DNA of 64,000 bases from Vicugna vicugna (taxonomy: Eukaryota): NCBI GenBank assembly GCA_013265495.1, contig MU057666.1, positions 221,732 through 285,731 of the forward strand. Direction: 5' to 3'. Position 1 is the first letter of the stretch; every line of letters begins with the position of its first letter. Under the pieces are notes generated by a model. The model was not told the DNA's origin, did no database searches, and saw nothing but the letters and a program-made list of their open reading frames with translations. The translations under genes were made by a program, and so were the position numbers. Of this stretch, positions 1 to 12,182 are shown piece by piece.

Positions 1-99
1 CCTCAGTGCACAAGCTACAAAATATAAATATCAGTTAATATGATAGAAGAAACAATAGAACATTCATGCAAAGCTGCAAGAGTTGACTCTTTTTTATGT

Positions 100-3000
100 A
101 TTTCTTTTTTTAACTTTTTTTATTAAGTAATACTCATTTTACAATATTGTGTCAAATGCCAGTGTAGAGCACAAATTTTCAGTTATACATGAACATACAT
201 ATATTCATTGTTATTTTTTTTTTTTGCTGTGAGCTAACACAATATCTTGTATATATTTCTCTGTGCTATACAGTGTAATCTTGTTTATATATTCTACATA
301 TGCTTGTCAGTATCAACAAATTTTGAAAACCCAGTCTGTCCCTTCCCAACCCCAGTCCCTTTGGCAACCACAAGTTTGTATTCTATGTCTATGAGTCTGT
401 TTCTGTTTTGTATTTATGGGTTTGATTTTGGTTTTGGTTTTGGTTTTTTTTAAATTCCACATAAGCAATCTCATGTGGTGTTTTTCTTTCTCCTTCTGGC
501 TTACTTCACTTAGAATGACATTCTCCAGGAGCATCCATGTTGCTGCAAATGGCGTTAAGTTTTCGGTTTTTATGGCTGAATAGTATTCCATTGTATAAAT
601 ATACCACTCTTTCTTTATCCAGTCATCTGTTGATGCACATTTAGGCTGTTTTCATGTTTGGGCTATTGTAAATAGTGCTGCTATGAACACTGGGGTGCAG
701 ATGTCATTCTGAAGTAGGGTTCCTTCTGGATCTATGCCCAGGAGAGGGATTCCTGGGTCATATGGTAAGTCTATTTCTTGTCTTTTGAGGAATCTCCATA
801 CTGTTTTCCACAGTGGCTGCACCAAACTGCATTCCCACCAGCAGTGTAGGAGGGTTCCCTTTTCTCCACAGCCTCTCCAGCATTTTTCATTTGTGGACAT
901 TTGAATGATGGCCATTCTGTCTGGTGTGAGGTGATATGTCATCGTACTTTTGATTTGCACTTCTCTGATAATTAGTGATACTGAGCATTTTTCATGTGTC
1001 TATTGATTTGTATTTCTTCAATGGCGAATTGCTTGTTTAGGTCTTCTGCCCATTTTTGGATGAGTTTTTTTTTTCCTATTAAGTTGTGTGAGCTGCTTAT
1101 ATATTCTGGAGATCAAGCCCGACACCATTTGATGAAGACACTGTTTTTATTCCATTGTATGTTCTTGCCTCCTTTGTTAAGGGGTAGTTGACCAAAAGTT
1201 TGTGGGTTCACTTCTAGGCTCTCTATTCTGTTCCATTGGTCCGTATGTCTGTTTTTGTACAACACCATGCTGTCTTGATTCCTGTAGCTCTGTAGTATTT
1301 TCTGAAGTCTAGGAGAGTTATTCCTCCAGCCTCTTTCCTTTTCTTCAGTAATACTTTGGCAATTCTGGGTCTTTTGTGATTCCATGTAAACTTTATTATG
1401 ATTTGTTCTAGTTCTGTGAAATATGCCCTGGGTAATTTGATAGGGATTGCATTAAATGTGTAGATTGCCTTGGGCAGTGTGACCATTTTAACAATATTGA
1501 TTCTTCCAACCTAGGAGCATGGGATATCTTTGCATTTTTTTAAGTCTTCTTTAATTTCCTACATCAGTGTTTTATAGTTCTCCATGTATATGTCTTTGAC
1601 CTCCTTGGTTGGATTTACTCCTAGGTATTTTATTACTTTGGGTGCTATTTTAAAGGGGATTGTTTCTTTACTTTCTTTTTCTGTTGATTCATCATTACTG
1701 TAAAGAAATGCAACTGATTTTTGAATGTTAATCTTGTAACCTGCTACCTTGCTGAATTCTTTGATTAGTTCTAGTAGTTTTGTCTGGACATCTTAGGGTT
1801 TTCTGTATATAGTATAATGTCATCTACATAAGTGAGACTTTTACCTCTTCTTTTCCAATTTGGATCCCTTTTATTTCTCTCTCTTGCCTGATTGCTGTGG
1901 CTAGGACTTCCAAGACTCTTGTGATTAGGAGTGGTGATAGTAGGCAGCCTTGTCTTGTCCCAGGTTTCAGTGAGAAGCTTTTGAGTTTTTCACCATTGAG
2001 TACTCTGCTGACTGTAGATTTGTCATGTATAGCTTTTATTATGTTGAGATATGTTCCATCTGTACCCACTTTGGTGAGAATTTTCAGCATAAATTGGTGT
2101 TGAATTTTATGAAATGATTTTTCTGCATCTATTGAGATGGTCATGTGGTTTTTATCCTTTCTCTTGTTGATGTTATGTATTACATTGACTGATTTGCGTA
2201 TGTTGAACCATCCTTGTATCCCTGGATTGAACCCCAGTTGGTCATTGTATATAATCTTTTTTATGTGCTGTTGGATTCTATTTGGTAATATTTTGGTAAA
2301 GATTTTTGCATCTATGTTCATCAGTCATGTTTGTCTGTAATACTCTTTTTTGGTAGTGTCTTTGCCTGGTTTTGGTATCAGGGTGATGATGGCTTTATTG
2401 AATGCATTTGGGAGTATTCTCTCCTTTTGAATCTTCTGGAAGAGTTTGAGAAGGACTGATGTGAGTTCCTCCTTGATTGGTAGAATTCTCCAGTGAGGCT
2501 GTCTGGCCCTGGAGTTTTATTTGTAGGGAGGTTTTTTATTGCTAATTCAATTTTATTTCTAGTGATCAGTTTGTTCAAGTGGTCAGTTTCTTCTTGATTC
2601 AAACTTGGTGGACCGAATGTTTCCAGAAACTTGTTCATCTCCTCTAGGTTATCCATTTTGTTTCCATATAGTTGTTCATAATATTCTTGTATGATATTCT
2701 GTATTTTTATGTTATTTGTTGTAATTTCTCCATTTTCCTTTCTTATTTTGCTTATTTGTGCTCTTGCTTTTATCTTTGTGAGCTTGGACAGAGGTTTGTT
2801 GATTTTACTTACTCTTTCAAAAAGCCAGCTCCTGGTTTGATTCATTTTTTCTGTTGTGTTTTAAATCTCTATTTTATTTATTTCCTCCCTGATCTTTATT
2901 ATTTCCTTCCTTCTGCTGAGTTTTGGGTTTTTTTCAATCTTCTTTTTCTAGTTCTTTTAGCTGGTGGGTTAGCTTGCTTATTTGAGATTGTTCTTTGTTG

Positions 3001-3170
3001 AGGAAGGCCTGTATCACTATAAACTTCCCTCTAGCACTGCCTTTGCTGTGTCCCATAAATTTTGTGTGGTTGTGTGTTCATTATCAATTGTCTCAAGGTA
3101 TATTTTTAATTTCAACTTTGATTTCATCATTGAGCCATTGGTGTTTTAGTAGCATGTTGTTTAATCTACA
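100..3170 (-). mobile_element. 5'-truncated LINE-1 (ORF2 linker, RT, C-terminal CCHC region, 3'UTR, poly-A); frameshifted and non-functional
   Basis: Minus-strand ORF pieces carry L1 ORF2 motifs: 2378-2845 ([12 protein letters not shown]), 1824-2321 ([27 protein letters not shown]), 1223-1486, 652-960 ([19 protein letters not shown]) and 313-591. The T-rich tail is at ~90-125. Confidence 0.97.
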
Positions 3171-3550
3171 GCCTGTCATTATCAGCACTTTTTCAATGCT
3201 GCTTGGCTTTGACAGCATCACATAGAAGCCGAGGACCAGAAATAAGTGACTCAAGTTGCTGAGACTGTTTTCCTATACTTGATAGTAGGTTTTTCTTTGG
3301 AGGGGCGGACAGGAGGGTCTTGGGTAGGGGAGACTAGATTGCTAGGTCACTAGATTGACAGGTTACTAGATCGCTCCAATTCCAAAACCCCTGCTGTGGG
3401 CACGCAGACAGTCAGGAGGCATCAACGTGGCCACTGTCCACAGTCCTGCATGTCTCAGTGCAGAGGGTATTCTTAAGTTAGGCTGGTGTTTTTCGGTTCC
3501 TCCCTGGGGACCAGAATCCTGCTTTATCACTTGTTTCAGTTATTGCACAG

Positions 3551-3687
3551 TAGGAAGAGATGACATTCCTGGATTGATGACCTAGGAGCCAAGGCCTGAG
3601 AACTCCATCTTCTTAAAGTGTCTAGAACCTGAGAATCCCAATGGATTGCTTCTAGTGTATGAAATAAAACATGGACCATAAGTTGAG
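3551..3687 (+). pseudogene. IGF1R: IGF1R exon 12-like pseudo-exon (137 nt)
   Basis: cag|...|gtaaga. Translates [43 protein letters not shown] versus IGF1[46 protein letters not shown]. Two in-frame stops. Confidence 0.95.
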
Positions 3688-4150
3688 GTAAGACAGGGGC
3701 AGTGGTCCGTGTCCGGGTGCTTCCATTACAGGTGGTATCAGATATTATACTGTGACACAGAGCACCTGGTTAGCTTAGGACTTTAAACAATAAAGTAAGG
3801 AGGTAAGTCTGTCAGAATTTAGGTCTTCCTCCTGGCTCCACACTCCCTGAGGAATTCTCAGAGTGTGCAAGTAGCTGGCTTATTCTCACCCTCAAAGCAC
3901 TACTTTGTTGCATAAAATGATTTTTCAACCTAGACTATATTGTGCTTAATAATTTAATCTTTCTGGAACTCTTTTTGGTTAAAAAGATAAGAGTTGGTTA
4001 ACTTGGGTGTGCTTAGAGTTACTAGAGGACTGCCACGATGTAAGACTTGGCTTTTCCCCTTTTACTGCAAATCAAGGTCACTGTTAGGTGGGAAGTTGCC
4101 TGGTCCTCACATGTTTGTGGGAAATTGACACATGTGTTTTATTTCACCAG

Positions 4151-4310
4151 GATCAGTGGGAATGGGTATTCAGACAGAAGTACAGGAAGTATGGAAGGGC
4201 CAAGCTGAGCCAGCTCAATGCAGGGAACTACCTGGCCTGGATCCAGGCCACCTCTTTCTCTGGCAATGGGTCTTGGACCAGTCCTGAGTGCTTCTATGTC
4301 CAGGCCAAAA
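4151..4310 (+). pseudogene. IGF1R: IGF1R exon 13-like pseudo-exon (160 nt)
   Basis: ttcaccag| then [53 protein letters not shown] versus IGF1R [53 protein letters not shown]. The donor reads ataagg (GT>AT). Confidence 0.96.
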
Positions 4311-5151
4311 ATAAGGCTTGTGGAGGGAGTAGCTGGAAAAACTGAAAGCAGGTGGGGCCAGAAATGGGGAGGCATGGGTCACTGTGGCCCTCTGATTTTC
4401 TGATTTCTGTTGGCTGGCTTTCAGAAGCTGGCACCTCATCTGAGAGCCCAGTCTGGGGACCTTTGGTGCTTGGAGTCCCAAACCTTATTTGATGGGCTAG
4501 GAGAGTCTGAACCCCTCTTTTGATGGAGTCAGCAAGGGGCCTTTGATCTCAACTTGGTTTATGTACAAAGCATTTTACACAGCACTATTGAACATTCTGA
4601 CTCCTTCCTTGTCAGGAATGCTGGTTGGGGCTCAGGATCAGAGCTAGAATCCCAAGGTGGGGTGGAGACCTGGGAGGCCATCTGGTCCCACTGCTCTGGG
4701 CCAAGAGTCACTGTGACAGCACCCCAGGCTGAGGCATGACCCCCTTCACTGCTCATTGGTAAAATGCAGGTGTATGTTTAAAGCAGCAACACACATTGAA
4801 AGCTCACAGTGCTCACCCCTTGGCACAGAGACTGGGCCATGTTGTGAGTTTATGCTCAAACCATCACCAAGACAGAAGCCTTTTACTTCCTTGTAGCTTA
4901 TTTTATACCTAATAGTTTGTACATCTTAATCTCCCCCCCTACATTGCCCCTCTGCCTTCCCTCTTCCTACTGGTAATCACTAGAAAAATTCATTTTTCAG
5001 TATGATATGAGGTGAGGCTGCAAGTTCATTGAATGTCACCTGACAATCAGATGAGCCTGAGTCTATGTCCTGGTTTCCTATTTGTTCCTTTGGTCTGTAT
5101 TTAACCCTGCACCAATTTCACACTGCCCTTGGCCAATACCCCTCAACTTAC

Positions 5152-5224
5152 CAACACAGGTGAGGTAGAGCACCACATAGGCCAGGGGCAGGGTCTCATG
5201 GCTGGAATGGCAAAGAATCTGAAC
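5152..5224 (-). pseudogene. PADI3: PADI3 exon 3-like pseudo-exon (73 nt)
   Basis: VQILCHSSHETLPLAYVVLYLTCV versus PADI3 VQISYHSSHEPLPLAYAVLYLTCV. Donor gtaagt is intact; acceptor reads caa (AG>AA). Confidence 0.92.
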
Positions 5225-5599
5225 TTGTAGAGCAATTGGCCCAGGGTCAAGCTGGCTGAAGCCAAGAGCCTGCCCCCAAACAGGTCTTGGGGGATCTGGC
5301 AGGGAGGGGAGGAGACCTCAGGAATCTCTGTGCACTGAAGTTGGGTTTACCACCCTGACTCCTCCTTTAGTCTTCTCTGTGTCATTTATTTTTCCATGCC
5401 TCAATTGGCCCATCTGTAAAGTGGGAACTATATGTGAGGGACCCCATGGAGACCTGTGTCCCATTGTGGCCAGTGACTACTGTAGGGTTTGGGTGAGCCT
5501 CCACTCCCCTTTGCATCTCCATTTCACCAGTCATCAAATGAGGAGTTTGGACGGGGCAGGCTTTAGGGATTCTATTTTCTTCGCAGGATTCAGAATAAG

Positions 5600-6030
5600 C
5601 CTCAACTTGAGCCTAGGAAACTTGGATTCTGTGACCTTGGCCTAGGCCCTTCACCTTTCTGAGCTGCCTCAGTTTCCTCACCTGCAAAATGAGGACCACA
5701 CAGGTCCATACATCAGAGGATGATCATGTAGCTCTGAAACAATCCACATAAAAAACTGATCCCATAGAAAATGCCCAAGAACTCTCAGCTCCTGTTATTA
5801 GAGAGAGTTAGTGCAAAGTTCAGGAGTCAGACAGCCTGGGCTGGGATTCAAGATCTACCAGGTGAGGACATCCCTGGAAAAGTTACTGTTCTCGCTGGGC
5901 CTCAGTTTCCTCAGCTGTAGAGGGGATGATAACATTTCCATAGGACTGATTTCAGGCTATGAGGATGAAAGACAGAACCATGTGACATGCCTGTCATGGT
6001 GCCTGGCCTGCAGTAGGCACCCAATACCTG
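5600..6030 (+). mobile_element. Two adjacent MIR SINE fossils
   Basis: The MIR core (gtgaccttgg...gcctcagtttcctca..tgtaaaatg-like) appears at ~5630-5695 and ~5870-5930. Confidence 0.75.
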
Positions 6031-6858
6031 CCAGAGGTGAGGCTGAAGTTGTGGGTGATGAGAAAGCAATTCCAGGCAGATGCATCAAAGCCCCTTTGTC
6101 CCCCAGCTCTCCTCCTGGACATTCCCTCCTGCATTGGGTCCCTCCACTCTCTGGCTCTGATGTTGTCATCTCAGCCAGAAGGTTCAGGATCTTGTAGGGG
6201 CCACACACCCCTCCAGTCCTGAAAGCCTCTAAATCCTGTGGTTATTAGACCCCATGTGCCAAGCCCCAGCAATGTTCACCACAGGCAATTACTTGAATCT
6301 TGGCCAAAAGCGGGGGGGAGGAACTGAGGACCCCTCTGACCACCATCCTCAATCCCTGTGATCCTTAGAGCAAGGAACTTAGAGCACCCGGGGAGGAGGC
6401 TGGATTTGGTGTTGGAATAGGAAACCTTGGATCTGTTACAGACTAGCTGAGTGCCTCCAGGGACCTCCTACCCTCTGGGCCTCAGCATCCTCACCTCTGA
6501 ACTGGGGAGATGCTGCCCTCCAGCTTGGATGGTTAGGGAGTTCTGGGAAAAGGTCCAGCTCATGGTAGGTGCTTAAGTAATGTTGGCCTTCTCCACTCCC
6601 CTAGAGGATGAGAAAGGTGAGTCAGCCCATGTCCAGAGCTCTGCCCTGGCGTGTGTGCCCACTGGTACTGGGGATACTGTGGAGGGCCAGCTGCCAGTCT
6701 GAGGTAGGTTTGAAGGAAAATCATGATGTATCAGGAGCTGAAACTCTGGCCCTGAGCTCTGCCTTCAGAGCCATTCACGTAGGTCAGAATTCCTGCAGGG
6801 TAGCTGAGCAGTGATGTTGAGAATCCAGGAACGCAAGCTGCCCCATCACCCCCTTCAC

Positions 6859-6976
6859 CTTGCAGGCAGTGCACATGCTGGTCACAGTTGTCCTGGTCAT
6901 CACAGTTCAGATTGTCCCTGGCACAGCCCATCAGCAGGATGGCTCCATACCCACCAGGCCCCCAGACCCACTTCTG
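6859..6976 (-). pseudogene. PADI3: PADI3 exon 5-like pseudo-exon (118 nt)
   Basis: ttggcag| [39 protein letters not shown] |gtgaag versus PADI3 [39 protein letters not shown]. It lies inside ORF 6731-7156. Confidence 0.94.
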
Positions 6977-7466
6977 CTGCCAATGGCAAAGCAGAGCTGG
7001 TGGTGGGGTCTCAGACCAGACCAGCACCCATCCTTGGTGTCCCCTTGGCCAGTCCCTGAACCCCATCTCTTCATCTTCTCCCCACCCTCTGAGGATAGGT
7101 CCACTCCTGCTCAAGAAATGGAAATGGTTTCCTAGTGCCCACACCATCAAGTCCAACTACACTGCTGTCTTTCATGGATGTCCATGTTATGTCTCCAGCC
7201 AGCATCCTCTTTCCTTAGGTAACTTCCTGACTGTAAGATCCATTCTTCCCTCCAGGCCTTGGCGCCTGCTGTCCCCGCACCTGGAATGTCCTCCTTCTGG
7301 CATCGCTTTGGAGTCCAGCTCAAGTGGACTTCAAGTGAGTCCTCCTTCCTCACAAAGGCCATCTTGACTCTTCTTCTCTGAACTCCTAATGCATTAAGTG
7401 CCACCACAGTCCAGCCCAAAGCTTTTAGTTTCATCCTTGGTAGATTTCCTTTTTCACCTAGATTAG

Positions 7467-7690
7467 GGGCATGACATGATACTGTCCAAGGGCCACATTC
7501 GGCTCAGCCATTGCCTGTTTTTCTAAGTGAACTTTTATTGGAACACTGTCACATCCCTTTGCTTCCATGTTGCCTGCAGGTCTCTCATCCCACAGTGGCA
7601 GAACCAAGTAACTGCAGCGGAGACAGTATGGCTTTCAAAGCCTCAAATATTTACTAGCTTGCTCTTGCAGAAAATATTTGCTGACCCCCA
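7467..7690. mobile_element. MER58A-like hAT-Charlie MITE
   Basis: gcctgttttt...ttttattggaacac...gagacagtatggc...aaatatttacta...tttgctgacccc. Confidence 0.75.
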
Positions 7691-7942
7691 ATCTAGACTG
7701 AAAATCCAGAAGGACTTTTCCCTTCAAAGGAAGGTTTGGGCACCTGTGTGCTTGAAGCTTCTTGGTGATGATTTTTTTCCCAGTGAAAGACGCCCAGCCA
7801 TGCCTGGTTCCTCTTTGGCCCCCCTGACCTCAGCATCAGCCGGGAGGCAGGGGGATGCCTGAGTGGCCTCATCCATCTTAACCCAGCCTAGAGCAGCTCC
7901 AAGCTCCATCCCCCATTCTGGGCCCAGCCAGAGATCCCCTGC

Positions 7943-8004
7943 CTTGTCCACAAATCCACTATCCTGCCTGACTTCACAGTTCAGGTCACAGTCCAGGGCT
8001 GTGT
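7943..8004 (-). pseudogene. PADI3: PADI3 exon 4-like pseudo-exon (62 nt)
   Basis: ccctttgtag| (D)[20 protein letters not shown] |gcaggg versus PADI3 [21 protein letters not shown]. The donor is GC. Confidence 0.92.
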
Positions 8005-8589
8005 CTACAAAGGGAGGGCAGAGGGTAAGTCACAACAGGGCTCCCAGGAGCCCAGCACAGGCGCATGGCATCCACCTTCTAACCTGTCCCAGGACCCATC
8101 TGGGACCAGGCAAACAGAAGTCATTTCCAAGAAGATACTGCCCAGAGGTGAGAGCATCTGGAGCCCCCCACCCTGGGCTAGAGGCAGAGGCCTTAGGGAA
8201 GAAGAAGGGTTAGAGCAATGGTCAACTGCTGCTCCCTCCAGGAAGCCTTCCCTGAACTCTCTCTTCTGCATCCCTAAAATCCTTGCTGTCCGGGGTGTGC
8301 CCTGTATGGAGCCCAGGTCACCCTGGACACTCTTGGTCTGTATGAAGCTGCTTCATCTCTTTGGGATGGGGCAGTGAGCCTGGACTCTGGTGTCAGACAG
8401 TCATGGATGTGAATCTGGGCTGGCACCTACTGGCTATGTGGCATCTCTTAGCCTCAGCTTCTTCCCAATTCGCATCCCCCTTCCCACCTTCTTCACTTCT
8501 CTGCCTAGAAATGTGGGGAGACTTTACAACACCAATGAAACACTGAAGGGAGAGAGGAGACCCCCCCAGCCCCCAGTATAGAGAGAGAG

Positions 8590-9661
8590 AATTTGAAATG
8601 ATTTTTAATCGTGTGAAATGATAGCAAATCACCATGCAACAGTGTATGAATCTCACAAACATAACACGGGGCAAAAGAAATCCAACCCCAAAGAACGTGT
8701 GTAATATGATTTCATCCATATAAAATTCAAATGTATTCCAAAATAGACTGTATTGTTTGGGCGCGACCACAAGATAGTGGTTACCTCTGTGGGAGGGAGG
8801 GGCTTATTATCAGAGAGGAGCTTGGTGGCAAGGTGTACTTTGGGGTGCTGGTCACATTCCATGTTATGTTTCTTGGCCTGATGGTTGCCGCACATGTAAA
8901 ATAAAGCTTTGTGCACGTTTCTGTATGTGTATTTTCTTTTTTTAATTAAAAAAATTTTAATTGAAGTATAGTCAGTTACAATGTGTCAACTTCTGGTGCA
9001 CAGCCTAATGTTTCAGCCATACATGTACACATACATCCTTTTCATATTTTTTCATTATTGGTTACTACAAGATATTGAATATAGTTCCCTGTGCTATACA
9101 GTAGAAATTTGTTTTTTCTGTATGTGCATTTACCAATGAACAAGGATGTGTATGTGTTCTGGGATGGGGAGGCAGAAAGATACCCAACCTCAATCCTAAC
9201 AAAAGAAAGGCAAATTAAAGCAACAGTGAGAACCTGTCCTCTCAGATTATCAAAAATGGAAAAGGTTGATGATGTACAGTGTTGGCAAGGCACTCCCATA
9301 TGCTGTTGGTGGGTGTGTGAAGTTGTGCGGTCTTTTTTGAAGAGCCATTTGGCAATATCTACCAGAGTGTTAAATGTGCATTCCCTGTAGCTCACTGGAT
9401 CTGCTTCTAAAAATGCCTCCTGCAAACAGAAAACAAACTATGGTTCCCAAAGGGCAAAGGGTAGGGGAGGGATAAATTGGGAGTTTGGGATTAACAGATA
9501 CATATGACTCTATATAAAAAGATAAACAACAAGGTCCTACTGTAGAGCACAAGGAATGATGTTCAATGTCTTGTAATGACATATAATGGAAAAAATCTGA
9601 AGAGAAGAAATATATATGTATTTATATGTATAACTGAATCGCTTTGCTGTACATGTGAAAC
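8590..9661. mobile_element. Cluster of L1 3'-end fragments in both orientations
   Basis: Old L1M 3'UTR at 8590-8935 (+), younger L1 tail at 8935-9125 (-), L1 pieces at 9190-9661 (+). Confidence 0.7.
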
Positions 9662-10191
9662 TGTTATTGAGTCCAAACTCTGCTCATGACATGACAGGCC
9701 AATAAATCAAAAGATAAGGTGTTGGGGCAAAGAATGGCAACTTTATTTGGAAAGCCGGCAGACTGGGAGGATGGTGGACTAATGCCTTGGAGATCTATCC
9801 TCCCCTAATCAGAATACAGGATCATTTTATACCAAAAAAAAAAAAAAGGCAGGGTTGGATGTGTGTTAGTTGTTGTAAACTTCTTGGTGTAGGAATACTT
9901 TGTTCCTGCAGCTGTCCACGTGTGCCAGGTCATGGTGCTCCTGCAAAACCTCCAACAAAACAAATGTTGCTTTCTAGTCTGCAGCTTGTTATCTTTATAG
10001 GAATGTAGAAGTGCCAACATCCTTAAAGGTCAGCACCCCAAGAACAGGCTCTGCTGTCTATTTCAGGCTACAGGCAACATTGTTTTACAAAAGGTGCAGA
10101 GCCTGCAAGGCTAAGCCTGGGAGACCGGGCACAGGGTTAAAGCTTAAGGAACAGATCTAAGGTGGAGTCAGATTTACTCTTTTCTTTTACA
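9662..10191 (-). mobile_element. ERV1-type solo LTR
   Basis: TG...CA termini (tgtta...ttaca), tttatt poly-A signal on the minus strand at ~9742, typical LTR length. Confidence 0.65.
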
Positions 10192-10437
10192 TCACCAGTA
10201 TTTGTTATTGTCATTGTTTTTTAAACTGCATATGAAAAGATGCTCAACTTCACCAATAATTAGAGAAATGCAAATCCAACCAGCAATGTATTGAAAAATC
10301 CAAAGTAATCAAACGCAGAGCATAGGACAGTGAACCCTCAGTGCCCATCTGCTGCAAGGATCACTAGCTCCTGCCACTCTTGTTGGACAGATACTCAACA
10401 TCCCTGCTCCTATGTGATTCTGTGTGGGTTTTTCCTG

Positions 10438-10535
10438 GGGGGGCTTATTTATTTTAATGGAGATCCTGGAGATTGAAGACAGGACCTTGTGTAGGCTAGG
10501 CACACACTCTACCACTGAGCTGTACCGTCTCCCCC
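10438..10535 (-). mobile_element. Vic-1-like tRNA-derived SINE
   Basis: Reverse complement of the head ...tacagctcagtggtagagtg...aggtcctg..ttcaatc. Confidence 0.85.
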
Positions 10536-10708
10536 TACCCAAGCTTTTCTGACACACACCCAATACATCATTTCAGCCCTAACTACTTCAGTTATTCAGT
10601 ACTCACTTAACTATATTAAATTCCTCATTACCCCAATGAACAGGCACTAAACTCAAAACAAAACTGGCCTTGAGTCATCTGGCCACACAGATGTATGTCC
10701 CCACCCTA

Positions 10709-10888
<180 letters not shown>

Positions 10889-12182
10889 TTAGTGTAAAAT
10901 AAATGGAGTCTTGGGGCTGGTGGAAATGTTCTCTGCTGTCCACTGAGGTAGCTGCTGGCCACATGTGGTGATCAAGTCCTTGGCTAAGGAATTGCATTTT
11001 CAATTTACTTACTTTTGACTAATTTCAATGTGGACATGCACAAACACAGCCCCGAACGTGGCCTTTGCTTTCCAGAATTGATGGTCTGACAGCCGTCCCT
11101 GCACAGGTAGAAAGAAGGCACTTTCTGTGCAAACAGGGCAGGAGGCAGGAGGAAGGGATGGCACCAGTGTCCGTAGAACCCCAAAGTTCTGAGCAGTGGC
11201 CCTGAATGTGCTGTTGGGTCACCAGCTCCTTTAGATAGGTGATAACACTCTACACCATGCAAGGCACACCCAGGAGAACCCAATGTGGAGAAAAATTTAC
11301 TTCCAGCATCATAGGGGTGACAGAACTCCCAAAGCCCCACCGTGCATCCACAGATGGTCAAGCACAGGGCACCCTTCCCGAGTCTGGGACCCACAAACAG
11401 GGGAGGGCTCCCCCGACTGTGATGACTTCACCTCAGGGCTCAACTCTCCATCTAACCTGAAACCATAATAAAGCAGTTTACTAAACAGAAATCAGAGAGT
11501 CAAAACTTATGACTGTCAAGAGTTTCCCTTGAGGAGCTCCCCCAAGGTGACAGCAAAGCTAAGACCAAGAGGAGGGAGAGAAGGCTTTCTGTCCCCAACA
11601 GGTGAGGGTCCTGTTGTCACCTAACAGACACCTAATGCAGCATTCAGCCAGCCATCCCCAGCTCCACCAGAACACGAGCTGTTCCTGGGCCTCCCACACT
11701 AGGAGTGTGTGTGCGTTGTGGGGGACATACTCAAGGAAGGAGAGCGTCAGATGGTGAGGCACAGCTTGCAAACAGGAATGAAGGTGGTGTCTGTGGGAGC
11801 CGATGCATCTACAGAAAGGTAGAGGAATGTCACCACTCATGTGCTATGATCTCCAGGACATACTTACTGTCAAGCGAAAAATGCAAAGTGGAGACGGGTG
11901 ATCGGCCAGCCTGCACCAACAGGGCAGGAGGGCATTTGGAAGGTGACTGAGTGCAAGAAAGTGGCCCGGCCAATGGGTGGCATCACAGGGACAGTGCCAC
12001 ACAGACAGGGGTCTCTACCGGTGGTAAAGCACCTGCCTACCAGCAGTGCCCCACCAGACGGGCCATCCAGCCATCTAAGCTGCTTCCTGCTGCCACAGCC
12101 AACAATCTCAAATTTTTGCCCCCAAACCAAACCACAGAAAGATAGTGAGTGGCTATAAAAGTCAGCATTAGAAACAAACAAG

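Larger units (their letters stand above)
3551..4310 (+). pseudogene. IGF1R: IGF1R unprocessed pseudogene fragment: two consecutive FnIII-3 exons (human exons 12-13) with the intervening intron
   Basis: Both exons match the recalled IGF1R peptide and exon sizes (137 and 160 nt). The 463-nt GT-AG intron 3688-4150 is retained. There are two stop codons and one dead donor. Confidence 0.95.

Noticed and set aside
313..2845. L1 ORF2 ORFs as an active element or CDS
   Set aside because: Fragmented by stops and frameshifts, 5'-truncated and internally deleted.
3330..3375. Three actagat units as a CRISPR-like array
   Set aside because: A tiny degenerate tandem repeat in mammalian DNA, with no spacers or cas genes.
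3190..3900. Initially looked like ERV internal sequence
   Set aside because: It contains the IGF1R exon and is better explained as IGF1R intron.
5152..5295. C2-domain or transmembrane-protein exon
   Set aside because: The 3' 73 nt match PADI3 exon 3; the remainder is intron read in frame.
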